In this document: positions 12,491 to 25,518 of the stretch, piece by piece
Position numbering within the stretch: position 1 is the stretch's first letter
Layout: every line of letters begins with the position of its first letter
Assembly: GCA_951406725.2 (NCBI GenBank)
Contig: OX597827.1
Span: forward strand, 16,864,001-16,928,000
Length of the DNA: 64,000 nt
Reading direction: 5' to 3'
From: Octopus vulgaris
Taxonomy: Eukaryota
The notes under the pieces: generated by a model
Seen by the model: the letters and a program-made list of their open reading frames with translations, nothing else
Database searches by the model: none
What the model was told of the DNA's origin: nothing
Position numbers and translations under genes: made by a program

Positions 12491-13011
12491 CCGTAAATCC
12501 TCGAGTATAGCCCGCCCTTGAGTATAATACGAAGAGGATTGTTAGGGAGCTGTACCTCTGAAAAAACTAAACCTTGTGTATAATACGCACCCCTTCTCTA
12601 ACTTGAGTCAAGGAGGTCTATATAACGTGCTTAGTTTGTAAAACTGTATACGGTAACGTCCTTTATTATCATTGTACATATAACATAATGCAAACGTGTA
12701 GCTTTTTTGTGCATTTTGTTTGCAGAAAATTAAGAAATAACAGTAATAACAGTAATAACGTTTAATAAATGTTCCTTATTGCAAGTTATGGATGATTCTT
12801 TTATGACTTCACTGCTTTCAGGCTTAGCTTAAGGTATTTTCGCGCCCGACATCACAAAATGCGTCTGAATAAACACTGCCGGGCAGCAAATAGAGACTCG
12901 GACATTGCTTAGAAAATAATGTTCATTTTTCACCTCGTATATAGTACGCACTAGGGATTTTGACATTTAAATTTTGGGGAAAAGATGCGGATTATACACG
13001 AGGATTTACGG
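12491..13011. mobile_element. non-autonomous Tc1/mariner-superfamily (pogo/Tigger-like) MITE
   Basis: 25-bp TIRs CCGTAAATCCTCG(A/T)GTATA..CCGC (22/25 match); TA on the right flank, CA on the left; no ORF. Confidence 0.8.
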
Positions 13012-13159
13012 TAAGTAAAGTAGATTTTCAAAGGAAGTTATATCTACAAACTGTATGGATAATCTCAGTAGCTCGAATTTTATCATCTCTCTATATTTTT
13101 ACTTATATAGGACTTATATATCTGCCATATTCTTTACAGATTTAACTTTTTCACTATAA

Positions 13160-13535
13160 ATCTTTTACCTTGTATTAGATTCAGCCATTATATTGCCACC
13201 GTATTGGGGCACGGCCTTCAAGAACTTTAGTCGACCGAATCGATCCCAGTACATTTTCTTTAAAGCCCGATACATACCCGATCGGTCTCTTTTGCAAGGG
13301 CGCAAACACACCAGCACCAATTGTCGAGTGGTAGTGATTGGGCTCAGAGACAAACAGACAGACACACACATGCGACAGGGTTATTTTAGTTTCCCCCTAC
13401 CAAGTACACTCACAAGGTTTTGGTCGGCTGGAGGCTATAGTAGAAGGCACTTAACTGAGGTTCCACTACGTGGGACTGAACGCGGAAGCATGTGATTGGA
13501 GAGTAAACTTCTTACCACGCAGCCACACCTGAGCC
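13160..13535 (-). mobile_element. SINE family B, diverged copy
   Basis: recognisable CTCACAAGGTTTTGGTCGG..GAGGCTATAGTAGAAG and GTGGGACTGAAC motifs. Confidence 0.75.
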
Positions 13536-13807
13536 GATGTTAAAAAATTTTAATTCGACATATTTTTCTTTTGTTGTTGTTGTTGTTGTTACTGAAATAC
13601 ATCGAAATAGATTTTGTATCTATTGCCAATTCTCCTCCCCTCCCGACCCTAGATTTTTCTTTTTGTTTTTTTTTTCTTCTTTTTATTTTAAACTTTTGTC
13701 AGTCATTCGATGTTCATACTAAACAGCAGCCATATCACATCTATCTGACCAACAAACCGCTCCGGAAGAATCCTAGAAAGTCATGGCCGCCTACACTGCG
13801 ACATTAC

Positions 13808-13853
<46 letters not shown>
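13808..13853. repeat. (TAAA)n microsatellite
   Basis: visible. Confidence 0.95.
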
Positions 13854-13854
<1 letters not shown>

Positions 13855-14374
13855 CTATATATAAATGAATAAATAAATAAATACATATAAATCAGATTGG
13901 TGGAGGTCACGGAGGAGAGTCAATAATTGGTTGATTTCAGTGTGTACTTTACATCAAAATATCACAAGTGGAATATATCATCTTTTTTTTTTCCTTCCCT
14001 CTTTCATTTCTTTTTCATCTCTTATAATATCCTTCTCTCTTTTACAATATCGATCTTTCACACGTCTTGCATCATCCCATTCACAGCAAATCTTCATGCA
14101 TGGATGCACTGTAAATCACAAAATTTTAAATTGCAAACTCATTTGATATAATAACCCATTAACTATAACCTGTTTGCATCTAGTGAACTCTTAAGGTAAT
14201 CTCTAAAGCTTTTGTTGTTGTTGTTGTTGATATTGTTGTTGCAGCTCTTACCGTCGTCGTCGTTGTCACCCATGTAGTCGTTACAGTTCTTTATTTTGTT
14301 AAAATTCATGGTGTTGTTATTGTCAATACAGTTGTTTTTTTTTAATGCATGTTGTTGTTTTTGTTACAGGTGTG

Positions 14375-14954
14375 GGATCTTTTCCTTTTGAACGGCAGTT
14401 TTCAACACAATTTCTAGTTAACTAAACACTTTTAAACTTCGTATACTGGTAGAATGTGTCAAAAATAAAACATTTTTTCTTGGCTTTCTTGAGAAAATTA
14501 TAATTTGTAAGTTTAACGTAGTTTAATTTTTCGAATTTTAACCAATCGATGGCCTCTATTGAGCTAAACTCATTTGCTGCGTCTAAAACTGAGACAACAT
14601 CCTGTCACTAACCCTAACCCTAAATTTTAGCCTTTCGTTTTTTTTCTTAATTGTTATCCTTAAATTAATTTAACAATTAAGAAAAAAAACGAAAGGCTAA
14701 AATTTAGGGTTAGGGTTAGTGACAGGATGTTGTCTCAGTTTTAGACGCAGCAAATGATTTTAGCTCAATAGAGGCCATCGATTGGTTAAAATTCGAAAAA
14801 TTAAACTACGTTAAACTTACAAATTTCAATTTTCTCAAGAAAGCCAAGAGAAAAAAATGTTTTATTTTGACACATTCTACCAGTATACGAAGTTTAAAAG
14901 TGTTTAGTTAACTAGAAATTGTGTTGAAAACTGCCGTTCAAAAGGAAAAGATCC
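14375..14954. mobile_element. fold-back (palindromic) DNA element, GGATC termini, 8-bp TSD, telomeric repeats in the arms (Merlin-like)
   Basis: about 282-bp near-perfect inverted arms (14375-14656 and 14671-14954); TSD CAGGTGTG at 14367-14374 and 14955-14962; CCCTAA/TTAGGG repeats in each arm. Confidence 0.88.
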
Positions 14955-15054
14955 CAGGTGTGTTGTAAATGTTATTGCTGGTATAGTTGTTGTTATCGCC
15001 ATAACCGAATGTATTGTTGTTTTGTTGTTGTTGTTGTTACACACGCCTCCCTTA

Positions 15055-15440
15055 TACAACGTACTGGCGGAATACACGTGTATACTTGGTGGAACAGAAA
15101 AAGGGCTTCAAGGGTACACTCAATTGAAGAGCTTTGAGACCAACCCCGACTAGCAGGAAGCGCATGTGCAAAACCATCCTACCTGGCGGAATGGTACCAG
15201 TAAAGACGCCACATCCTACGACAAGAACAGGTACGGAAGGGCACAAAGAAAACGCGAACTGCGCAATTCCAGAGCCATCTCCTTGCCTACAGCTCCCGTA
15301 AACAACCAGTGCCTGACCACCTACAGAGCCTTCCGAGTATGCATTGGACCTATCGACCACAGCCGAACACTCCATGCCCAGTCTTCTTCTTCTATGTGAT
15401 GTCCTTAGCCGTCGTCGCCAACGACGGAGGAACGAACGGA
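15055..15440 (+). mobile_element. RTE-clade LINE 3'-end fragment
   Basis: ORF 15166-15399 (HPTWR...KRELR...CLTTYRAFRVCIGPIDHSRT) resembles the RTE C-terminus with a decayed CxxC..IGLxxH finger; terminal hairpin CGTCGTCGCCAACGACG followed by GAAC repeats. Confidence 0.7.
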
Positions 15441-15540
15441 CATTTTTTGTGTGACTACAGTTGATGTTATTCGTTTTATTGTCACAGCTGTTGTTAGAAC
15501 TGTTGTATATATTGCGACAGTTGTACCTATAGTTTATGAA

Positions 15541-15601
<61 letters not shown>

Positions 15602-15604
<3 letters not shown>

Positions 15605-15980
15605 TGCAGGAGTGGCTGTGTAGTAAGTAGGTTGCTTACCAACCACATGGTTCCGGATTCAGTCCCACTGCGTGGCACCTTGGGCAAGTGTCTTCTGCTA
15701 TAGCCTCGGGCCACCAATGCCTTGTGAGTGGATTTGGTAGAAAACTAAAAGAAGCCTGTCGTATATATGTATGTGTGTGTATATGTTTGTGTGTCTGTGT
15801 TTGTCCCCCTAGCATTGGTGTGTTTACGTCCCCGTAACTTAGAGGTTCGGGAAAAGAGACCGATAGAATAAGTACTGGGCTTACAAAGAATAAGTCCCGG
15901 GGTCGAGTTGCTCGACTAAAGGCGGTGCTCCAGCATGGCCTCAGTCAAATGACTGAAACAAGTAAAAGAGTAAAAGAGTA
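15602..15980 (+). mobile_element. SINE family B
   Basis: full head and (GTAAAAGA)n tail, sited at a (TA)n tract. Confidence 0.92.
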
Positions 15981-16265
15981 TATAAATTAAAATTAAAACG
16001 AGGGTGAAAAATTGGATATTAATTTGATAACATCAATTTTAACATCAGTGGCCTAGCATATAAAAAACTGAGGTTAAGTAAATAGTATTATATACATATA
16101 AGAGGGTATTTACCACCATGTGGAAACCCTTACGCTTGAAGAAGATCCGATATGGTTTTACCACTAAGAATTCTTCTCTGGAAAATTTAGCAAACACCAG
16201 AAACATAAGCGAACAAGACAAATGAAAAGTAACAAAAATAAAGATTAATCATAAACAAATGTTTC

Positions 16266-16420
16266 ACGGGCTTCTTTCAGTTTCCATCTAGCAAATCCAC
16301 TCACAAGACTGTGGTCGGCCCGAGGCTATAGTAGAAGGCATTTGCCCAAGATGCCACGCGGTGGGACTGAACCCGGACCCTTGTAGTTAGTTGGAAAGCA
16401 AGCTACTTACCACACAACCA
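16266..16420 (-). mobile_element. SINE family B, 5' half only
   Basis: matches the head and CORE-like part of B. Confidence 0.8.
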
Positions 16421-16987
16421 TTGAGATCAATCGTGCTGTTGTTGTTGTTGTTGTAGCTATTGGTGTTAATAACGTTGTTCTTGTTGTTGTTATCGTCGTT
16501 TGAGTCTGAACAGTTGCTGCTCTTCATATTTACACGACGCTTAATAACTTCTATCAGAATCGTTGTCACTACCGTCAGCCGATGCCTTAATTGCTGTCCT
16601 TACAAATGTTGTTGTTGTTGTTGTTGTGTGGGACAATTTGCCAATAACCATTTCCAGTGACCTCGCTACATGCCATTCAGATTTATCACACGCCATTTAC
16701 TACATGCCTTTTATTACATACTATTTATTACATACACATAGCTCTATAGAAATCATAGCTCTATAGCAATTCAAGCGATGATTTCTTATTCTTCTACTTC
16801 CTCATTCCGTCTCTCCTGCCTCTAACAGTTCTTCCGCTCTCTTCTCGCTTAGGCATTAATCTAAACATAACGTGTTCAGCATTCAAACACACACGTACAC
16901 ACTCTCTCACATACACATGCACTCAGAGAGAGTGATAGAGATAGATAGATAGAGAGATAGATAGATAGATAGATAGAGAGAGAGATA

Positions 16988-17772
16988 GGTGGAGAGCTGG
17001 CAAAAATGTTAGCACGCCGGGCGAAATGCTTAGTGGTATTTTGTCTGCCGCTACGTTCTGAGTTCAAATTCCACCGAGGTCGACTTTGCCTTTCATCCTT
17101 TCGGGGTCGATTAAATAAGTACCAGTTAGGCACTGGGGTCGATATAATCGACTTAATCCGTTTGTCTGTACTTGTTTGTCCTCTCTGTGTTTAGCCCCTT
17201 GTGGGTAGTAAAGAAACTGGTATTTCATCTGTCTTTATGTTCTGAGTTCAAATTCTGCCGAGGTCGATTTTGCCTTTCATCCTTTTGGGGTTGATTAAAT
17301 AAGTACCAGTTACGCACTGGGGTCGATATAACCGACTTAATCCGTTTGTCTGTCCTCTCTGTGTTTAGCCCCTTGTGGGTAGTAAAGAAATACGTATTTC
17401 GTCTGCCGTTACGTTCTGAGTTCAAATTCCGCCGAGGTCGACTTTGCTTTTCATCCTTTCGGCGTCGATTAAATAAGTACCAGTTACGCACTGGGGTCGA
17501 TATAATCGACTTAATCCGTTTGTCTGTCTGTCCTTGTTTGTTCTCTCTGTGTCTAGCCCTTTGTGGGTAGTAAAGAAATTGGTATTTCATCCGTCTTAAC
17601 GTTCTGAGTTCAAATTCCGCCGAGGTCGACTCTGCCTTTCATCCTTTCGGGGTCGATTAAATAAGTACCAGTTACGCACTGGGGTCGATATAATCGACTT
17701 AATCTGTTTTTCTGTCTGTCTGTCCTTGTTTGTTCCCTCTGTGTCTAGCCCCTGGGCAGTAAAGATATAAGA
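16988..17772 (+). mobile_element. SINE family C tetramer (one head, four bodies)
   Basis: bodies restart at TATTTC(G/A) at 17221, 17395 and 17583, each right after AAGAAA.. ends. Confidence 0.92.
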
Positions 17773-18059
17773 AAGATAGATAGATTGGTAGATAGATAAA
17801 GAGAGAGGGAAACACAAGCACACGAAGAGAAACACGTACAAATACACACACAAAGAGGTACGCAGACACACACACAGGCAGGCGTGCGCACACATACATG
17901 CACGCACGCAAAAACACACATTCAGCGTGCACATGCGCACGCACACATATATGCACGCCACCCCAAAACAAACACACTTAAGATTGTCTTCTTTCTTTCT
18001 TTCTTTTTATTTATCTGTCTTATTTGTTGTTGTTGCTCTTCCATCCACCGTCTACCCTC

Positions 18060-18930
18060 CCTCAACTAACCAGCAAACAAACAGCTAAAAATTGCCAGCT
18101 AATATCTACCAATCACATTGACCTTTAACATCAATCACCGACACCAAACGCCATCTCGAAGCCTCCAGCTACTAACCACTGATCACATCTAATCACGAAG
18201 CACTGACCACCAATCACTAATCAGTAATCACTAATCATTAACCAGGCACCAAGCATTTACCACCAATCATCAGGAACCAACCACTAACAGCTGTACACTA
18301 GTAATAATTACTAACCGGCAGTCGCTATCATCAGTCATCAATCACAAATCATTTATTACAACCGCTTGCCACCCATTACCAAGCAGCTATTACAAACCAC
18401 TATCCACCAATTGTCGATCACAAATAATCAGCTATCTATAACCAACCACCACTAAGTACGAATCATCAATCATCAATCACTGTCAACCACCGATGAAACC
18501 ACCGACCACAAGCATAGATCACTTGCTACCTTCTACAAATCCGAACTTCTAAGCACCACTCACAACCCCCAAGCGTTAAACAGCAACTATTGGTCATGAA
18601 CTACAAACTATTTCTTTACTACCCACAAGGGGCTAAACACAGAGAGGACAAACAAGGACAGACATACGGATTAAGTCGATTATATCGACACCAGTGCGTA
18701 ACTGGTACTTATTTAATCGACCCCGAAAGGATGAAAGGCAAAGTCGACCTCGGCGGAATTTGAACTCAGAGCGTAGCGACAGACGAAATACCACTAAGCA
18801 TTTCGCCCGGCGTGCTAACGTTTCTGCCAGCTCGCCGCCTTATGAACTACTAACTACTAACCACAACGTACCAGCTACTAACCACCAACCATTAACTAGC
18901 AATCAGTCACGTCTGTTAACTACTAGCCAA
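18060..18930. repeat. cryptic low-complexity AC-rich repeat (AACCACT/AATCACT-like) containing a SINE C insertion
   Basis: recurrent ACCACTA/ATCACTA words. Confidence 0.55.
18609..18840 (-). mobile_element. SINE family C, monomer
   Basis: TSD ATGAACTAC(A/T)AACTA on both flanks. Confidence 0.92.
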
Positions 18931-19267
18931 TTTTATTACGTACCATTTATTATGTAAGCAGTACTCTAGAAATTATTGAACTAAGGACAATATATTATTC
19001 TTGCTTGTTGTTCTTTTTTAGTGAAAACCATAATTTTAAACAGAGTTTATTATGTTAACCGAAACCACTTAAAGTGAGTGCTTCAATTCAGTTGTGTACA
19101 ATTGAAAATTAGTGTCTTACTATTTAACCGTGCAAATGTCTTTGTAATCTAAATTGTAATATAAAAACTGCTATACTTCAATACAAGCAACACACCGACG
19201 TTATTTGACGTGATACAATGCTTCTTGAATAGTTTGAAATATATATTTTAGTAGCAGTTAAATGCTA

Positions 19268-20020
19268 ACGAAGACTGTGTGGTGAAGAAGCTCGCTTTTG
19301 TGACCTTGTGGTTTCGGGTTCAGTCCCATGGATGAAGCGCTTTGAGCAAGTTGACCCAGGATTTCTACAAAACCAATGTTTTGCAAAGTGAATTTGGTCG
19401 ATGGAAACTGAGTGGAAGCCCGTCGTATGTGTGTGTGTGTGTGTTTGTGTGTGTGAGTGTATACGTTTGTGCTTGGGCTTGTCCCTACCATCGCTTGACA
19501 ATCAGTGTTAGTTTGTTCACATGTCTGCAAAAGCAGTTCGGTAAAAGAGACCGATAGAATAAGCACGTAACATAAACGGATTAAGTCTACTATATCGACG
19601 CCAGTGCGTAACTAGTACTTAATTTATCGACCCCGAAAGGATGAAAGGCAAAGTCGACCTCGGCGGAATTTGAACTCAGAACGTAACGGCAGACGAAATA
19701 CCTATTTCTTTACTACCCACAAGGGGCTACACACAGAGAGGACAAACAAGGACAGACAAACGGATTAAGTCGATTATATCGACCCCAGTGCGTAACTGGT
19801 ACTTATTTAATCGACCCCGAAAGGATGAAAGGCAAAGTCGACTTCGGCGGAATTTGAACTCAGAACGTAATGACAGACGAAATACGGCTACGCATTTCGC
19901 CCGGCGTGCTAACGTTTCTGCCAGCTCGCCACCTTGGTGCCACCTTATTTGATTAACCCTTCAAAGCCGTGCCCCAGCATGTCATAGTTCAATGAGTGAA
20001 ACAAATGCAAGATAATACAA
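19268..20020 (+). mobile_element. diverged SINE B interrupted by a C dimer
   Basis: B head at 19270-19565; B tail resumes at about 19945-20015. Confidence 0.7.
19574..19933 (-). mobile_element. SINE family C dimer (second body truncated)
   Basis: junction GACGAAATACCTATTTCTTT at about 19692-19711. Confidence 0.88.
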
Positions 20021-21019
20021 ATAACAAATATTATCTTTCAGTGTGGGTGTATATATTATCTTACAGGGTGGGTGTATATTTTGAATCTGATCCATAAAAC
20101 ATACGAAAAGGTAGCATGTAGAATCCAGCATAACGATAAGCAAATGCACCGATATTGATAAAACTGAGTTAGATATTATTCATCATGTCTTGCAAAGTAA
20201 AATCAACGACAAACAAACGATAAATGAACACGAGAGGAATATGTTTCTAAACTGCATGCATATGTAAAGCCACACTACTCAAAATCGAAAGCCCCGACAA
20301 ATCTTTCGTTTAAAAGATTTTTAGATTTAGATTTTTGTCGATCTTGGTGTTTATCCAATTAGTCCTCAATGCTTGATGTTGTGCTGCTACTGACAAACTT
20401 TCTGTCTCTCTTTTCAACCTTCATTTCTACAACCATAACCATGTCACACTATTACTATTTACTGCTACTATCTTTGTGAACCTACCATGCAAAGCCTTCT
20501 TCTAACAGTCACATAACTTTTGTTCTTTTTCTGTTTTTTTAACTTCGTTTAGTTTTTGGTTTCCCTATGTTTTCCTGTGAGTCTAGCAGCTCTTAATAAT
20601 ATTTCTTCACTATTACCTACATAGGAATCTATATCTACTCTAGCTAACTCCACGCAGTCTTCTATTGATATTAATCATCTTCCCCACCTCCCACCTCCCA
20701 CTCCTCCTCCCCTCCACCATAGTAGTCGTAGTCGCCATGATGATTATCACCATCAATGTCATCATCACCACCATCATCATCGTAATGTGGTTATGTTTGT
20801 ATGTATGTATGTATGTATGTATGTATGTATGTGTGTATACAAGCTTTTTAGTCTACGTATGTATGAATGTATATATGGATGGATGGATGGATGGTGTAGG
20901 TGTTATCTAATATGTATTTTTATATGTATGCATTGAAGAATCTTAGCATATATGTATTGATGTCCGCTCGAACGTATGTTTATCTGTGTGTTTGTATATA
21001 TATATATATATATATATAA

Positions 21020-21228
21020 ATTGAATTAGAGGTAAAACCACTATTAGGCAACTCAAACAGTGATAGACATAAACCAAAACATAAAAAACAAAAAATAAAT
21101 ATAATTAATATGATATACAATATATATATAAAATTTAAAATATAAAATTTAAAATTTAAATTATCAAAATTTGAAATTTTTAAAATTTATATTTATAAAT
21201 TTTTATATTTTAAATTTTAAATTTTTTA
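21020..21228. repeat. (TA)n-associated AT-rich dispersed repeat; second copy at about 29993-30175
   Basis: AATTAGAG(G/A)TAAAACCACTATTAGGCAA.TCAAACAGT...AATATGATATACAA present at both loci. Confidence 0.65.
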
Positions 21229-21371
21229 TTCGTATATACACATGAACATTTATGTACAAATAATGGTACACATCTACATACACTTGCGTACAGACAAATT
21301 CATAAATATATATAAACTTATATACATACATATATATATAAATATGTTATGTGTGTGTATGTGTGTGTCTG

Positions 21372-21404
<33 letters not shown>

Positions 21405-21432
21405 ATTTACATGTATGTGTATATATATATAT

Positions 21433-21477
<45 letters not shown>

Positions 21478-21580
21478 TTATATGTATATATATATATATA
21501 CATACATGTAAATATACATACATACACACACACACAAACATATATATATACAGACAGACACACACACACATAAATATATT

Positions 21581-21630
<50 letters not shown>

Positions 21631-21975
21631 AGTTTATATATATTTATGAATATGTCTGTACGTAAGTATAGATGTGTACCATTATTTGCACATAAGTGTT
21701 CATGCGTATATACGAATGTCGGCTGCGTGTATTTATATGGAATTAATAGCTGAATAGCTAAGAGTAATATTTGTCCATTTTACAAGAGAATGCATGCACC
21801 ATTCTCTGCCCAACAAAACGACACACTTCCAAATAATCTCTGACAATGGAAAACAAGTTTAATTTTGGCACTTTCTGTATTTATTTAACTGAGAAGAAAT
21901 CAGGAAAAATTTTCAATGAAATTGCTTTAGTGTAAGCGTTAATTGAACATTGCTGCCGACGTTGTTGAGCTGACC

Positions 21976-22042
<67 letters not shown>

Positions 22043-22316
22043 AAGAAGTAGTAGTAGTAGTAGTAGTAGTAGAAGTAGTAGTAATAGCAGTAGTATTAGT
22101 AGTAGTAGTAGTAATAGCAGTATTATTATTATTAGTAGTAGTAGTAGTAGTAGAAGAACAAGAAGTAGAAGTAGTAGTAGTAGTAGCAATAGTAGTAGTA
22201 GTAGTAGTAGTAGTAGCAGTAGTAGAAGAAGAGGAAGCAGAAGAAGAAGAAGAAGCAGAAGTAGAAGTAGTAGTAGTAGTAGTAGTAGCAGTAGTAGAAG
22301 AAGAAGAAGAAGAAGA

Positions 22317-22366
<50 letters not shown>

Positions 22367-22386
22367 CAGTAGTAGTAGTAATAGCT

Positions 22387-22429
<43 letters not shown>

Positions 22430-22430
22430 C
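21976..22430. repeat. (TAG)n/(AAG)n trinucleotide microsatellite
   Basis: visible; gives the poly-Leu and poly-Val/Glu pseudo-ORFs. Confidence 0.97.
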
Positions 22431-22606
22431 GGTGGTTGTGCGTTGGTTTCGTTGATGGTTGTTGGTGGCAACAATGATATTTTCGGTAGCGAGGATGCTG
22501 TCACTCTTGTCTTTTCGGTGGTGTTAATGATTATGTTGAAGATGTAGTTATTGTTGTTGTTGTTGTTATCCACATTGCTGATTATGTTGTTGTCGTTGTT
22601 GCTGCT

Positions 22607-22945
22607 GTATACATACATACATGCATACATACGTACATATATACATAGTTGCATATACATACATATATATATATATACATATATATATTTATATATACAT
22701 ACACATATGTGAGTATGTGCATGCATATATATATCTGTGTGTATGTATGTATATATGTATATATATATATATATATACATATATATATGTACATACATTC
22801 ATACATTCATGCATACATACATACATACATAGATATATACATGCATGCCTACACACATATATATATATATACACATATATATATACATATGCATATATAC
22901 ACATATATATACATATATATATTCTTATATAAAAATTGTATATGC

Positions 22946-22976
<31 letters not shown>

Positions 22977-23012
22977 CACATATGTATATTTGAGTGTGTA
23001 TGCATATATATC

Positions 23013-23045
<33 letters not shown>

Positions 23046-23170
23046 TATATATATATATATACACACATATGTATATGTATGCACGCGTACACACACATTC
23101 TCAAACACACACACACACACATTTATATATATACATGCATACACATATATATGTATACACAGTCACATAT
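22607..23170. repeat. compound (TA)/(CA)/(CATA) microsatellite
   Basis: visible. Confidence 0.93.
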
Positions 23171-24831
23171 AAATTGTTGTAATTGTCGTTGTTGCTTCTG
23201 CTATACTCTTTGATTTAACTGTTTGTTACTGAAACGAACTTTCCTTTACGCTAAATATTTTAACTGCCAACCTTATACTGCAATTAGAACTATGAATATT
23301 TACCATTCATAAAAAAAAACTCATTGGTCTAATTAAATTGAAGTACAACAGTTGTATTCGTCTGGCGATATAGAACGCACATACACACTAGCACATACAC
23401 ACACATACAAACACACACACAGGCACGCGCACACACACACACTCACACACATATATACACGCGCGCGCACATATATACTGAAATATTTTCATATACATCT
23501 CAATATCTATCTTCTCCTCTCTCTCTTAATATACCCCACATATCCACACACGTACGTACGCGTGAATTGTATACCTATATGTATCTATACGTATATCTAC
23601 ATGCGTATTCGTGTTTGCATACACGCACACGCACACACACACACGCATATATATTTTGCTAGGAGTAGTAAGAACAAACGAAAAACCACTCAACGCCGTT
23701 ATTAATATATTCATTACTGTTCATATCGTAATATTATTCATTTATTCACTCATTATATATATTCATAATTGTTAAAATTGACTCTTCCATTACTTCAAGA
23801 TTCGCGCTGACAAAGCATTCAACATTTATATAAGAATATTCGAAAGTCTATTACTTCCCAGTTGACATCACAATGGTTAACCCATCGTTCTTTAAATTAC
23901 CATACATATTTGGACAAGGCTGTGTGATATTTTCTTTTTCTCGTGTTCGAAGTGAGCCTTAAAGCTGACTGCACTAATTATGCACTAATTATGCTGTAGT
24001 TTCGCGCTTATCATGAAACTTGTTCGAAAATCCACCTTCGCTTTGAAGATAATTTCTTTATTTATATATTTTCCATTTAGAGGACTGGTTTTCTTTGTCT
24101 ATTGAAGAGACAAGCTCTTTCATTCTACAACTGCATTCACTTTCCCGAATGAGGTCGTTACCATTGTGTGGAGTTTCCGCTTTTCTAGCAGATCTGTGAC
24201 AAAAGTTATTCCAGACATGGCTATCCGATTCACTTACAGACTCAATATATCTAGTGTTCCGTTGGTAGAAATATAATAAGATATTACGTATGGGAGTGCT
24301 TACTGCTATTTCTAGCAAATCGAGCGACTACATTAAGGCTCTTTCGTCTTGTTTATTGCATGTTATTCTAACTGGCTACTTCGAGCTTTATTCGACATTA
24401 TTTTGACTTTCGTGAATTAACCTTGAATTTATTAATGAACTTAAACTAATTATGGTTGATTAAGAAATATTTTGACTAGAGCTAAGGATTTCCTATTATG
24501 TGTTTGAGTTAAACCACAATAGCACCAAGTATAACTGCAATATGGTATGTTGCTGTTGAGACACAGATCATCTTAGCTCGAATTGACTAATGGTCGAACA
24601 TGTTGTATGCGTAACCAGTTCGTAATTTTATTTACGAAGGTCTACAAAACCCAACAAATTCTTTAGATTTTGAAAATCAAATACAGTAGATTATTATTTA
24701 TGAGAAATTTAGCCATTGTTTTAATTCAAGCTGATCGGCCGATCGCATGCAGCAGAGCTGAGGTAACGTTTTAATACCAGTCTCGAACTGCAAGGGCCAA
24801 ATATAAATAAATAAATAAATAAATAAATGTT

Positions 24832-25260
24832 AGGCGCAGGAGTGGCTGTGTGGTAAGTAGCTTGCTTACCAACCACATGGTTCCGGGTTCAGTCCCACTG
24901 CGTGGCATCTTGGGCAAGTGTCTTCTGCTATAGCCCCAGGCCGACCAATGCCTTGTGAGTGGATTTGGTAGACGGAAACTGAAAGAAGCCTGTCGTATAT
25001 ATGTATATATATATATGTATGTGTGTGTGTGTGTGTGTGTTTGTGTGTGTGTGTTTGTCCCCCTAGCATTGCTTGACAACCGATGCTAGTGTGTTTATGT
25101 CCCCGTTACTTAGCGGTTCGGCAAAAGAGACCGATAGAATAAGTACTGGGCTTACAAAAGAATAAGTCCCGGGGTCGATTTGCCCGACTAAAGGCGGTGC
25201 TCCAGCATGGCCGCAGTCGAATGACTGAAACAAATAAAAGAGTAAAGAGTAAAAGAGTAA
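24832..25260 (+). mobile_element. SINE family B, full length, inserted in (TAAA)n
   Basis: colinear with the other B copies. Confidence 0.92.
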
Positions 25261-25518
25261 ATAAATAAAAGCTGAAAAACTAAAAAACAAATCAAATCCC
25301 CACAATGTATGGAAGTATAGCTGTGCTGAGAAAAATACTATCAATCACTATTTTACAAATTCTGCGGTTAACTTTATTATATTACCGTTTAGATTTTTCG
25401 AGCTAAAATCGTTTTTTCTTTGAACCTCCATCAGCTGACAGTTCCATATTTGAATGTTAGCTCGAGTTAATGTGTGGTTGTACTCTGTAGATAAGGCTGT
25501 ATTTTGACGTGGCTGTAT

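Noticed and set aside
13740-13800. Promoter suggested by CCGGAAG and ATGGCCGCC motifs
   Set aside because: Short motifs expected by chance; no downstream gene evidence
16988-17772. CRISPR array or ribozyme-bearing retrozyme array
   Set aside because: Units are wholly repeated with no unique spacers, and I found no CUGANGA/GAAA core on either strand of the unit
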